Assembly: GCA_045106555.1 (NCBI GenBank)
Contig: JBGCET010000002.1
Location: forward strand, 135,752-199,751
Origin: Lysobacterales bacterium
Lineage (GTDB): Bacteria; Pseudomonadota; Gammaproteobacteria; Xanthomonadales; SZUA-38
Reading direction: 5' to 3'
DNA length: 64,000 nucleotides
Shown in pieces: positions 27,366 through 36,506 of this stretch. Under the pieces are notes generated by a model. That model worked only from the letters and a program-made list of their open reading frames with translations. It was not told the DNA's origin and made no database searches. Within the stretch, counting starts at the first letter, position 1; each line of letters begins with the position of its first letter. Position numbers and translations under genes: made by a program.

Positions 27366-28120
27366 TACCGGGCCGCGCCAATTTTGAAGTAAGTTTTGAT
27401 GCCGTATTTTCGGGTGAGCCTTTTCAGATCTTTATGATGCTGTTGCTGGTTTTGCCGAATCCGTTCGCTGGGGCCTACAACTCCGATAACCATGACGTCC
27501 TGGGATAACAGCCCGGTGACCGGTGTACACACCGCCCCAATGCCCTGGATGAAAACATCACACATGGTGACGGTTCCCCGCTGGACGAGATGTTGTCGAA
27601 CATCCTTTATGCGGTCTAGCGCTGCCTGCTGAGGTTTATGCGTGTTGACGAAGTTGTCCATGCGCGCGTCGTCAAGTACTGACAGTGCAGTCAGGCCAGT
27701 CAGTGATGTTGATGCCGGCATCAACAGACCCACACGAACACTCACCCCTACCGCGTGACGACACTCCAGGCCGTGGACGATTTTCACCTGATCGCCGGTG
27801 AGGCGACTGAGGTTAATCGTCTCTTTGGTGCAGTCGTTGAGGTCGCTGACGAGGTCCAGCATGCGGCTGTCGCGCTCCAGATATTCCCGGGCCCATTCGA
27901 TGCTGGAAACCAGTTTTCTTGATGGCGTGTACGTCCAGTCCTCAGGGTTGTAATCAGCGTAACCCAGGTCATGCATGCTCTTGAGCAGGGCATGGGAGCT
28001 GGTCAGGGGGTAACCCAGCTGACGAGAAATCTCCTTCGCCGCCAGCGGCTCGCGCTGATCGTCAAACAGTTCGAGGATTTCAAACACTCGGCGTACCGAT
28101 TTGATGGTGCTGTCAGACAT
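27365..28120 (-). CDS. IclR-family transcriptional regulator
   Basis: N-terminal HTH VFEILELF...KEISRQLGYPLTSSHALLKSM and an IclR effector-domain-like C-terminus. Confidence 0.85.
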   Translation of the reverse strand: MSDSTIKSVRRVFEILELFDDQREPLAAKEISRQLGYPLTSSHALLKSMHDLGYADYNPEDWTYTPSRKLVSSIEWAREYLERDSRMLDLVSDLNDCTKETINLSRLTGDQVKIVHGLECRHAVGVSVRVGLLMPASTSLTGLTALSVLDDARMDNFVNTHKPQQAALDRIKDVRQHLVQRGTVTMCDVFIQGIGAVCTPVTGLLSQDVMVIGVVGPSERIRQNQQQHHKDLKRLTRKYGIKTYFKIGAAR

Positions 28121-28170
28121 GATGTGCCAGGAAATTCAGGTGTGCCACATGATACCGGATTCGGCGCCAA

Positions 28171-28992
28171 TCAGGCCGCCATCCGCAAGAGTGCAGACTC
28201 TATGACCTGGGCCACGTCATTGGTTTTGTAATCAAGATAGCCATGATTCCAGTCGGGCAAATCGATCAAGGTTCCATTCTTAAGGTGGCCCAAGGTTCGC
28301 GGCGTCATTTTGTAGAGGTCGTCGCCCGGATTCAGCAGGGTGACTGGATGGGGTAGTGATTCAATAGCCTCGATGAATCGCTCGTTGTAATCAAACACCG
28401 CTGACGACCCCCAGCCGTAATGTTGGTTCCAGCGCACTATTTCCGCCAGGCTCTCAGCTTTCATAGGCAGTGACATTTCTGGCGCTGAATTTGATGCCAC
28501 CATCCGCCACAGATCTTTGAATCGAGTGCCGTCATCATCAAGAGGCGCCGGCGTCATCGATTGTCGAATAGCGGTGACATCATCGGAAGACAGCGTGGCG
28601 GCAGAGGACAGGATCAACGCGCCCACGTGTTCGGGGCGTTGACGGGTCGCGGCGACAGCGAGCTTCGCGCCGGCGTGAATGCCAAACAGGTTGACCTTGC
28701 CATGGGAGCGCAGCAGGTCGAGCTGGTCTACTACCTGCCAAATAGCCGTCGCGTACTGCTCGGCAGCAATGGGCACGGGTGGTGGGCAGGATTCGCCGTG
28801 GCCAGGGAAATCCGGGGCAACAGCAATACGTGTTTCGCTGACCACTTCAATAAGACGCGAAAAATTCCGCCCAGATTGAGGAAACATGTGGAGCAACACC
28901 AGTGGCGTCTGTGATGGATTATCAGGGCCCGCAAATCGCAAATGAATTTGACCGTAATCGCCGTCGATAAAGGTTCGTTTCGCCTTAGTCAT
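28171..28992 (-). CDS. Alpha/beta-hydrolase-fold protein, paralogous type, with His at the nucleophile elbow
   Basis: LVLLHMFPQSGRNF / AVAPDFPGHGES / NLFGIHAGAKLAVA. Start chosen at ATG 28992 (MTKAKRTFIDG). The ORF extension to 29169 overlaps the upstream gene. Confidence 0.75.
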   Translation of the reverse strand: MTKAKRTFIDGDYGQIHLRFAGPDNPSQTPLVLLHMFPQSGRNFSRLIEVVSETRIAVAPDFPGHGESCPPPVPIAAEQYATAIWQVVDQLDLLRSHGKVNLFGIHAGAKLAVAATRQRPEHVGALILSSAATLSSDDVTAIRQSMTPAPLDDDGTRFKDLWRMVASNSAPEMSLPMKAESLAEIVRWNQHYGWGSSAVFDYNERFIEAIESLPHPVTLLNPGDDLYKMTPRTLGHLKNGTLIDLPDWNHGYLDYKTNDVAQVIESALLRMAA

Positions 28993-29003
28993 GTTTGTCG
29001 GCG

Positions 29004-29987
29004 CTACTGAACAAACTCGAGCTGAAAACCCTCGCTGTCTTCCACCAGCATCGATTGATCGGCTTTTATGCATGGGCTGACCGATGGGCCAGGCGGCCTG
29101 ACAATGGTCAACCCAAAGGCGGTCGCTCGCCGATGAACCTCTTCGATATTGGTGGTTGTGAATGTCCACATCACAACCCCGCGACTGCTGGCGGTTTGCG
29201 CAGCGGCCGTCGGGCGGTTCAGGTCAAAATGATCCATGAACACCAGGTAACCGGTATTGGCGCCGGGAGCAAATGCCTGTACAAAGCGTTCCTTGGCGCC
29301 TTCCGGTAACAGCAGGCCAGAACGTTCGCCGATATCGAAGGTGGCGTCGCGACGGATCTCATAACCCATTACCGTCTCCAGCATCTCAGCCATCCGATCG
29401 GCATCAGCCACGTTGCGCGCTGAGTAGGCGGCGCCCCCCAGGCCGGTTCCTTGATCAATAGGCCCAACTGGGATAAACATGTCCGGCCGTTTCACCCCTA
29501 ACAGCAAGATATTCTCCGGTGCTTTGTAGAGAATTTCGGCCGACACATACGATTGTCCGTCCGGGCTAGTGAAGGTCATTTCTTTGACCCCGATGGTGGA
29601 TTCTACGCCGATGCGTTTCATGACCTCTTCATGGGCGTAGAGATCGTTCATCGGAAAACTCACCGTCACGCCACCGAGATCGTGACCGCTGTGACTGGTT
29701 CGAACCTGGGGCCGCTCTGGAGTAACGTTGATTACTCGCAGCTGGACATTGGCACCGTCTCCCGCCTTGCCGTATCCGCGGATCTGTAACAGGACGGCAG
29801 GGTCCACACCCAAGTAATCGGCTGCATCTCCCAGGCTCGGCGCGGCGTCGTCGCAGATGGTCAGTCCGTACCCTTGAGCGAGTAGTTCATCCACCCTGTC
29901 CATCTCAGCGGTAACGTAAGTAACAGTGTGCAGCGGCCCGACCAATGCCTCAGCGGGGCGGCTCTTGGGTACAAAAATATCTTCCAT
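29004..29987 (-). CDS. Two-domain VOC (glyoxalase/extradiol-dioxygenase)-like protein, tentative
   Basis: 327-aa ORF packed between the amine oxidase and the alpha/beta-fold gene. The assignment rests only on overall beta-alpha-beta-rich pattern and context. No diagnostic motif was verified. Confidence 0.45.
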   Translation of the reverse strand: MEDIFVPKSRPAEALVGPLHTVTYVTAEMDRVDELLAQGYGLTICDDAAPSLGDAADYLGVDPAVLLQIRGYGKAGDGANVQLRVINVTPERPQVRTSHSGHDLGGVTVSFPMNDLYAHEEVMKRIGVESTIGVKEMTFTSPDGQSYVSAEILYKAPENILLLGVKRPDMFIPVGPIDQGTGLGGAAYSARNVADADRMAEMLETVMGYEIRRDATFDIGERSGLLLPEGAKERFVQAFAPGANTGYLVFMDHFDLNRPTAAAQTASSRGVVMWTFTTTNIEEVHRRATAFGLTIVRPPGPSVSPCIKADQSMLVEDSEGFQLEFVQ

Positions 29988-30010
29988 TTGGGTAAATCCT
30001 TGCTGTCGTG

Positions 30011-31507
30011 TCAGACGAGTTTTTCGAGAATTTCAAACGCCGCGCGTTCACCAGATTCCATCGCTCCTTCCATGCCGCGATTCATTACTGCGGTATGTTC
30101 GCCGGCAAAGTGAAGGCGTTTCCAGGGCGCTCTCATTTGGCGCGAGAAGCGGGTAATTTGTCCTGGTTTCCAGTAGGCATATGCGCCGCCAAAAAACGGC
30201 GAGCGGTTCCAGGAAAATACCTTCAGCAGTTTCAGTGCGCCCCGGGTTGACGGGCGAATCCGTGCGAGATCATCGACGATGAGCTGGGCCGCCTGGGCTG
30301 GCGCCATTCGGTCAAGGTATTGAGCCATGGTGCCATTCACAAAAGACAGGCAGCTGGTGATGTCGTCAGGTTTACTTGGATCGTTTTGCAACGCCATGAA
30401 ACGCCCGGGCGTGCGGTCCGTCCACATGCTGGGTGGCAGTTTGTCTTTTTCCCAGTATGGCTTGGTGGCTTTGAAGTGGGCTTGAAATACAGGGGTGTAG
30501 CCCAGTTCGTTCACAGCCTGGGCCTGCAGACCCTCAAGGTTTGGGCTGATATCTACGTGACGCAACGCGCTAAAGGCCAACGTACACAGACAGAAGCGAG
30601 CGTGATAACGGGTGCCATCGGCTGTCGTGACGGTGACGCCACCGGCCTGGGAATCAATGCCCCGTACGTGTTGGCCCAGAATCGGCGGCGACGTAAGTCC
30701 GCCTGCCATGGCTTCGGGAATGCGCTGATTACCGCCTGCCGCCGCCATGGAGCCTGCCGACGAGCCACTGTACAGCGAGCGCACCAGGTTGCTGGACTGG
30801 TATCCCATCAACGCCGACAGGTCGTGGGTGTTGCTGCCGTAGCTCATGTTGGTTCCGGCGCCCAGCTTAATGGCTTGAGGATTAATCCCTCGCTGAACCA
30901 TCAGGTCATGAACCGAGATATCGTGGGCTGCATAGGCGCCGCTTTGCCAGGCGGCCAGATCACCCTTAGGCAGCGGGTTGTGCGCTTCTCCGTAAAGCAT
31001 GAACTGCACAATATGCAGCGGTAATTGGCGCATCTCCGGTTGGGAAAACGGGTTTGCCGCATGGTCAGCCCATTGGTCCGGGGTAATGACATTTCCGCCC
31101 ACGTGGTACAGGAACTTGCCGGGCCGTCCTTCCGTTCTTGGCCGTGATTTCTGCATGGGCACCTTGTATTTTTGTGCGGCATACAGCAGGCGGGCATATT
31201 GAGAGCCAATACCGCTGCCGCCCATTTCCGGGAAGCCAGGAATTTCGCTGGCGTCCGCGGTATGCACTCGGCCGCCAATGCGCTGGGTGCCCTCGATAAT
31301 GCGTACGGAAAATCCGGCTTCCTGCAAAATCAGCGCAGCGTTCAAGCCAGATAAGCCGGCGCCAATGATCAGCACATCGTCCCGCGTTGGCTGGGCCAGG
31401 GTTTGTCCTGCTGATAGGCTGAGGGCACCGGCGGACAGTGCCATGGCTCTTAAGGCCTGGCGTCTGGACCATCCGCTACGCGGCGATTTTTGGCTTGGGC
31501 GGCTCAT
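30011..31507 (-). CDS. Tat-exported flavin-containing amine oxidase
   Basis: Twin-arginine signal SRRQALRAMALSAGAL, FAD motif DVLIIGAGLSGLNAALIL...GGRV, and C-terminal RLHFAGEHTA...GMEGAMESGERAA. Confidence 0.85.
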   Translation of the reverse strand: MSRPSQKSPRSGWSRRQALRAMALSAGALSLSAGQTLAQPTRDDVLIIGAGLSGLNAALILQEAGFSVRIIEGTQRIGGRVHTADASEIPGFPEMGGSGIGSQYARLLYAAQKYKVPMQKSRPRTEGRPGKFLYHVGGNVITPDQWADHAANPFSQPEMRQLPLHIVQFMLYGEAHNPLPKGDLAAWQSGAYAAHDISVHDLMVQRGINPQAIKLGAGTNMSYGSNTHDLSALMGYQSSNLVRSLYSGSSAGSMAAAGGNQRIPEAMAGGLTSPPILGQHVRGIDSQAGGVTVTTADGTRYHARFCLCTLAFSALRHVDISPNLEGLQAQAVNELGYTPVFQAHFKATKPYWEKDKLPPSMWTDRTPGRFMALQNDPSKPDDITSCLSFVNGTMAQYLDRMAPAQAAQLIVDDLARIRPSTRGALKLLKVFSWNRSPFFGGAYAYWKPGQITRFSRQMRAPWKRLHFAGEHTAVMNRGMEGAMESGERAAFEILEKLV

Positions 31508-31547
31508 GAATTGTTGTCCTTATGGCTGGCTTGACTTGCACATATGC

Positions 31548-31562
31548 GTGTACATTGTACAC
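31548..31562. promoter_or_regulatory. Perfect palindrome GTGTACA-T-TGTACAC in a divergent promoter region (candidate operator)
   Basis: Read directly from the sequence. It lies between the amine-oxidase start (31507, minus strand) and ATG 31587 (plus strand). TTGACT occurs at 31531-31536. Confidence 0.3.
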
Positions 31563-31586
31563 ATACGAGCAAATTCAGAGGGTAAA

Positions 31587-32852
31587 ATGAATCGATTGAG
31601 CATACCATTGGTGCTCGCTGCGAGTCTTCTGGCGTCGGGACTTGTGCAGGCAAGCTGCCAATCGGCGCCAACCCAGAAATGTCTGCTTGTTCAGGCGGGT
31701 CAAGGGCTGGAGGCCATTGATGAGTCGACAAGCCGAATTGATGGGATGATGGAGCTCGCGGCAGCGCTGGCTGCGGGCGGTGATCAGCGCGAAGCGTTTG
31801 TCCTGCTGCTGCGTGCTGCGGTGAGCGCGGGTGCTCAGCCCGAGATCAGTCGCCGAGCAGAACTCATGGCCAGCGTGAGTCAGGCGGTTTCAGATCATGT
31901 GACCCTTGGCGCTGGGCGCAGAGCTGCGACCCAGATGGCCGAAGCGGCTCTTTTGGCCGTAGACGGCGTGCAGTCCGAAGACAAACGGGTGGATTTACGA
32001 GGGAAGTCGCTGGTCGCGCTAGCCTCCGCGAGTGATCCCGGTCGCGCCCTCAAGCAGGCCCAAGCTCTGGCCGAAGGCAGCGATAACGCGGCCTCTTATA
32101 AAGCCCGCACGCTAAAAGCGCTGGCATCCATTGCAGGCCGTTCCGACCCTGACCAGGGCAAGGCAATACTGACATCGATCACGATGGGCCTTAGCTACTA
32201 TCAGGCCACAGCGTACGCCGACCTGGCACTGGCGGCGGCGCAACGCCAAGACACCCGCGGCGCCCTAGCGTTGCTGCCAACCGCGGTGGAAATTGCCCGA
32301 GCTCAGGACGAAGGATATTTTGTCGGTGGAGCCTTGCGCGAAGCCGCGATGGCTTACCTGGCCGCGGGCCAGAACGCGACCGCTGATGCGCTGTTCGACG
32401 AGGCGGTTCGGGGCGCCAAGGCGGCGGGCTCGGTGCAACAACAGGCAAGGGCCATTAGCCGAATCGCATCAGACCTGGCTGATGTACAGCGCTTTGATCA
32501 GGCCCGCTTATTGCTACCCCAGGCGGTGACGTTGGCCCGCGAGGAATCGGCCGAACCTCTCAGGATGTGGTGTTTTTACGAAATTGCCGGGTCGGCAGCG
32601 GCGTCGGGTGATCTGAATCTGGCACAGAAACTCCTGCAAGAGATTTCCCCGGAGGTGGCTTTTTCCGGCCGCCCTCTCCTCGCTGCGGCTCAGCGGGATG
32701 TGGCGTGGGGAATGGCAAGACATGGCAAGACCACTCAAGCCATCGCGCTGGCCCAGGACATCACTTCAGCTCGGGAACGGGTACAGGCGCTGTCGAGAAT
32801 CGTCCGGATGATGGCGGATCCAGCGATGACCGCGCTGCCTCGTTACCTGTGA
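31587..32852 (+). CDS. Secreted alanine-rich helical-repeat (TPR-like) protein
   Basis: Signal peptide MNRLSIPLVLAASLLASGLVQA. Recurrent ...AR(A/T)xxALxxIAxxL... helical units. The ORF-track start at 31278 overlaps the amine oxidase and is rejected. Confidence 0.6.
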   Translation: MNRLSIPLVLAASLLASGLVQASCQSAPTQKCLLVQAGQGLEAIDESTSRIDGMMELAAALAAGGDQREAFVLLLRAAVSAGAQPEISRRAELMASVSQAVSDHVTLGAGRRAATQMAEAALLAVDGVQSEDKRVDLRGKSLVALASASDPGRALKQAQALAEGSDNAASYKARTLKALASIAGRSDPDQGKAILTSITMGLSYYQATAYADLALAAAQRQDTRGALALLPTAVEIARAQDEGYFVGGALREAAMAYLAAGQNATADALFDEAVRGAKAAGSVQQQARAISRIASDLADVQRFDQARLLLPQAVTLAREESAEPLRMWCFYEIAGSAAASGDLNLAQKLLQEISPEVAFSGRPLLAAAQRDVAWGMARHGKTTQAIALAQDITSARERVQALSRIVRMMADPAMTALPRYL

Positions 32853-32859
32853 CGGTGCA

Positions 32860-33156
32860 CTAGTCGGGCATTTCTACCAGTTGGACTTCAACCTCAGCCA
32901 AGCCTTCGCGCAGTTTTTTCACCTCAGCGTATTCTTCTGAGTCCCAAAAAGCGCGGGCTGTGGCTCGGTCTGGCCACTTGGAAATAGCGATGGAGGTATA
33001 CCCCTCGAGGGTGCCCTCCAGCAGTTCTGCTCCCGGGGCCAGCACCAGGTATTGACCGCCAAATTTCTTCACCAGCGCCGCTGCAGCGCTGCCATAGCCG
33101 GTGCGAAACTTGTCTCGGTCATGGATTTTTGCCGCAATAATCATGTAGGCCGCCAT
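32860..33156 (-). CDS. DUF1330 family protein
   Basis: 98 aa. MAAYMIIAAKIHDRDKF...YGSAAAALVKKFGGQYLV...AISKWPDRATARAFWDSEEY matches the DUF1330 pattern. Confidence 0.75.
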   Translation of the reverse strand: MAAYMIIAAKIHDRDKFRTGYGSAAAALVKKFGGQYLVLAPGAELLEGTLEGYTSIAISKWPDRATARAFWDSEEYAEVKKLREGLAEVEVQLVEMPD

Positions 33157-33175
33157 AGCGTGTAATGTCCTTTGT

Positions 33176-33622
33176 TTAAGGCTGTGTTTCTACCTGTAGG
33201 TAATCGATGATAGCGCTTCGATCTGCCGCTTTCGCGACGCCGGCAAACGCCATGATGGTGCCAGGTACTTTGCCGGTTGGGCTTGTGATGAACGCATCAA
33301 TTTGTTCGCGACTCCATACGATGTCTGCGGCTTTCAACGCGTCAGAATAGCCGAAGCCCTCAGCGCTTGCTGCGCTGCGTCCGAAAAGGCCGCTGAGGTT
33401 TGGGCCCACTCGATGGCCCTGATCTTTCTTCAGGGCATGGCAGGCTTGGCACTGTAAGAACAGAATTTTTCCTCGGCGCAAAGTGGCCTCACTGACCGCA
33501 GGCGAAGTCGACGCTGCGGGATCTGGCGAGGTTTGGCCGTTGCTGCAGGCTGGTATGGCAATTAACGCCAGCAAAACAGTGGGTAGCGAAATGACGTTTG
33601 GAATCTGCATGGAAAGGTTCAC
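33176..33622 (-). CDS. Class I c-type cytochrome (c2-like), probable lipoprotein
   Basis: Haem motif CQACH, GPNLSGLFGR, distal Met region GTIMAFAG, and N-terminal LIAIPAC. Confidence 0.85.
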   Translation of the reverse strand: MNLSMQIPNVISLPTVLLALIAIPACSNGQTSPDPAASTSPAVSEATLRRGKILFLQCQACHALKKDQGHRVGPNLSGLFGRSAASAEGFGYSDALKAADIVWSREQIDAFITSPTGKVPGTIMAFAGVAKAADRSAIIDYLQVETQP

Positions 33623-33763
33623 CTTGGGGTGCTCGTCGGCCTCTGTTGGGCCATTGTTGGATTAAATCGTATCACATATGAGTCTGTATCATACTCAGAT
33701 GTAAATGCACGACGCCTGCTTTGTGTATACTGTCTGCCCCTAAAATACCTCAGGTAGATTCAG

Positions 33764-34477
33764 ATGCGAAGTTCCGACGACTTTACCCGCGGTGGTGTTT
33801 TCCTGGCTTTGGCGGTGATTTTTACGATCGTGCTGACCGCTTGCTCCAGCAATCCCAATCGCACCCCCTTGAGTAGCGCTGATCATCTTGCCCGGGTACT
33901 TGGCTGGTGGCCGGGTGACTACAACAACGATAGGCAGTTGGCAGTTTTAACAAAGGCAGGCAAACCCATTTGGCGTGAAGACGGTTCTGGCAAGCCGGGT
34001 CACATAGAGGTGACGTCCCACTATCGCGAGGTCAATTTGCCCCAATTCGGATCTCACGTTTTGTATGTGGAAGAAACTAAGCATGGCGATCCCAAGCTGA
34101 TGTTTCGCCAGCGCATATACACCTTCGACATTGATCCCCAAAGCGACGACATTACGGTCAAGCTATGGAACTTCAAAGACAAGCAGGGGTATGTTGGGGC
34201 CTATCAGGATCTGTCGATGATTGCCGACCTTCAACCGAGCGAAATGTCGCCTTTACCGGATCAATGCGATCTGACGATTCGCCAGCAGGCGGATCGTTAT
34301 CACATGACAATGCCGGCCAAGGCCTGTGCATTTGGCGGCCGATATTTTGACTATCAGGTGTTACTGGGCCCGGATACGTTCTGGTTCAGGGACCGCATTG
34401 TGGACCTGGAAACCGACGAAGTCAGGGAATCTGCTGGCGGCTTTACCTATCATGAGCTAGACCAAATCAATGGGTAG
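33764..34477 (+). CDS. CpcT/CpeT-family (bilin-lyase-like beta-barrel) lipoprotein
   Basis: Lipobox VLTAC. LGWWPGDYNNDRQ and HIEVTSHYREV...FGSHVLYVEE...MFRQRIYTF resemble the CpcT/CpeT signature. Confidence 0.6.
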   Translation: MRSSDDFTRGGVFLALAVIFTIVLTACSSNPNRTPLSSADHLARVLGWWPGDYNNDRQLAVLTKAGKPIWREDGSGKPGHIEVTSHYREVNLPQFGSHVLYVEETKHGDPKLMFRQRIYTFDIDPQSDDITVKLWNFKDKQGYVGAYQDLSMIADLQPSEMSPLPDQCDLTIRQQADRYHMTMPAKACAFGGRYFDYQVLLGPDTFWFRDRIVDLETDEVRESAGGFTYHELDQING

Positions 34478-35390
34478 TTCGTTGCCAGTTGCTGCAGCCT
34501 TCGCACTGTTTTTGCCAACGTTCGTGGCTAACGCACAAACACCGGGTACAACGTTCCAGGACTGCCAGGACTGCCCGGAAATGACGGTGATCCCCAGTGG
34601 CAAAGCCTGGCTTGGGGTGGAACCTTTCGAGGCTAATACCAAACGCGGGGATGTTGCGTTGCGCGAAGTCACCATTAGTTATGGATTGGCTGTGGGAGCC
34701 AAAGAGATTACTCGCGCGCAATATCGCACCTTCATGGAAGCGTCTGATCATCAGATGGCTACCGCGGGCTGCAATACCTGGGGCGTCAATCGAATATTAG
34801 GGTATGTGAAATCTCACACCTGGAATGCGCCGGGTTTTCCGCAAAACGAACAGCACCCGGTGGTATGCGTCAGTCATGTGGATGCAACCGCCTACGTGGA
34901 ATGGCTCAGCGAAAAAACCGGCAAATCCTATCGGCTGCTGTCCTCTACTGAATATGAGTATGCAGCCCGGGCGGGTACCCGTGGTCCCTGGTTCTGGGGC
35001 TTAAGTGCCGCCCAGGCCTGCGAATACGCCAATGTCGGTGACGACAATTTTCGACGAAGCTTCGACTACGCCCCCGTGTTTAACTGCGACGATGGCTACC
35101 TGCATACGGCTCCGGTGGGGTCGTACAAGCCCAACGCCTGGGGCTTATACGACATGCTGGGCAACGCATGGGAGTGGACCCAGGACTGCCTGCATCGTGA
35201 CACCACTAACATTCCTCTGGATGGGTCGTCGTGGCTGGAAGAAGACGGTGGTGAGTGTGATCGACGTATTCCCCGCGGCGGTGGCTGGGTCTCCGGAACC
35301 GACTGGATCCGTGCGGGCGCTCAGGCGGGCGACCTGGCCCCCTATCACAGCCAGCTGCTGGGCTTCAGAGTCGGGTTGACGCTAGACTAG
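34470..35390 (+). CDS. Formylglycine-generating-enzyme (FGE/SUMF1/PvdO) family protein, secreted
   Basis: Signal peptide. YRLLSSTEYEYAARAG, WGLYDMLGNAWEW, RGGGWVSG and LLGFRVG. Overlaps the upstream CpcT-like gene by 8 nt. Confidence 0.85.
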   Translation: MGSSLPVAAAFALFLPTFVANAQTPGTTFQDCQDCPEMTVIPSGKAWLGVEPFEANTKRGDVALREVTISYGLAVGAKEITRAQYRTFMEASDHQMATAGCNTWGVNRILGYVKSHTWNAPGFPQNEQHPVVCVSHVDATAYVEWLSEKTGKSYRLLSSTEYEYAARAGTRGPWFWGLSAAQACEYANVGDDNFRRSFDYAPVFNCDDGYLHTAPVGSYKPNAWGLYDMLGNAWEWTQDCLHRDTTNIPLDGSSWLEEDGGECDRRIPRGGGWVSGTDWIRAGAQAGDLAPYHSQLLGFRVGLTLD

Positions 35391-35440
35391 CCCGTCGAGA
35401 GATAGGTTTGAAAGGTGCTATCGCCCGATGTGCCACAAAC

Positions 35441-36487
35441 TTATAGCTCACTGAGAACCTCCCGAAACTCATATCCTTCGCGGTGACAGTGGGCGCCAAT
35501 GCCCTGGGTGTTAAAACCAAAGCGGCGTGAGTCCACGTCATGCACGGTGTACACCAACGAGCGGGGTTCGCCGGTTTTACGAAAGGAAAAGTACATGAAA
35601 TCAGGGCGGTCAGAATAAAAGGGGTATTGTTTGTCTCTCAGCAGACCGGTAAACGATTGACTGTCGGACTGACGGGTCAGTTCAAAGGTTCCGCCCTGAC
35701 TCAGCAGCCGAATGTTTGCTTGAGTCTGGGTAATGGCGCCCTGGTCATCACGGAAGCTCACCTCGCAAAAAAAGACCTTGGCGCGTCTCATTTGAGTAAA
35801 CGCCCCCGGCTTGTTGCCGGCAGCATGTTCGCCGCTGGAAACATAATAAGACCCGTCTTCACGCCAATAGGTGTCTTCAGACAGCACTAGGTTATGGACA
35901 GAATACCGGCGTTTTTCTCCCTCACCGAAGAAACACGCCCTATCGTCCATGGCGCCATGAAACTGTCCACCCACTCGACGCCACTGCACCGAGCAGTTGG
36001 CCTCCGGAAGAATGTCGCTCATGAATTGGACGTCGTCGACCGACAACGATTCCCATTTTTTGGGGTCTTCATGAGCACCCAGCCACGCGTCTTTATCCCT
36101 GAAAAACTGCTGGTGCATCAGGATATGAGGATTGCCAGGCTCGGTAGAGAATGTCACTAGCCTTTGGCGAAATACTTTCGCTGGGTTGTTGTCGCGATAT
36201 TCCTCAACGTAATAAACGTGGTCACCAAACTCCGCTGCGTGAACGCGGTGATGAATGGTGTGGACCCGGATCTGGCGATCGGACTCCGCTATGGAGACCC
36301 GTCGGTCGGCTTCAAACCAGCGCTGCTCTTCGTTATCAAATTCGCCCTCAAACCATTCGCTGAGCACCTTAATATCTCGCGCCATCGGGTCAGCGGCGTC
36401 ATCGGCAAACACCGCCTGGCCGGCAGAGAGAAGGCCGGCACCCGCTGCCAGTTGCAAAGCCATTAGCAGTCCCCGTTTCATCATCAT
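35441..36487 (-). CDS. CpcT/CpeT-like domain protein, secreted, with an extra C-terminal domain
   Basis: Signal peptide. LSEWFEGEFDNEEQ and IRVHTIHHRV...FGDHVYYVEEYRD...VFRQRLVTF. Lies 19 nt downstream of the second amine oxidase. Confidence 0.6.
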   Translation of the reverse strand: MMMKRGLLMALQLAAGAGLLSAGQAVFADDAADPMARDIKVLSEWFEGEFDNEEQRWFEADRRVSIAESDRQIRVHTIHHRVHAAEFGDHVYYVEEYRDNNPAKVFRQRLVTFSTEPGNPHILMHQQFFRDKDAWLGAHEDPKKWESLSVDDVQFMSDILPEANCSVQWRRVGGQFHGAMDDRACFFGEGEKRRYSVHNLVLSEDTYWREDGSYYVSSGEHAAGNKPGAFTQMRRAKVFFCEVSFRDDQGAITQTQANIRLLSQGGTFELTRQSDSQSFTGLLRDKQYPFYSDRPDFMYFSFRKTGEPRSLVYTVHDVDSRRFGFNTQGIGAHCHREGYEFREVLSEL

Positions 36488-36506
36488 CTCTCCTGGTTTG
36501 CTGTTT

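Noticed and set aside
28993-29169. A 5' extension of the alpha/beta-fold ORF at 28171-29169.
   Set aside because: It overlaps the 3' end of the upstream gene (29004-29987) by 166 nt and has no homology-like features. ATG 28992 gives the normal family N-terminus (MTKAKRTFIDGDYGQIHLRF).
31278-31586. A 5' extension of the ORF at 31278-32852 (103 extra codons).
   Set aside because: The extension runs antisense through the 5' end of the amine oxidase gene and the intergenic promoter. A canonical signal peptide begins at ATG 31587.
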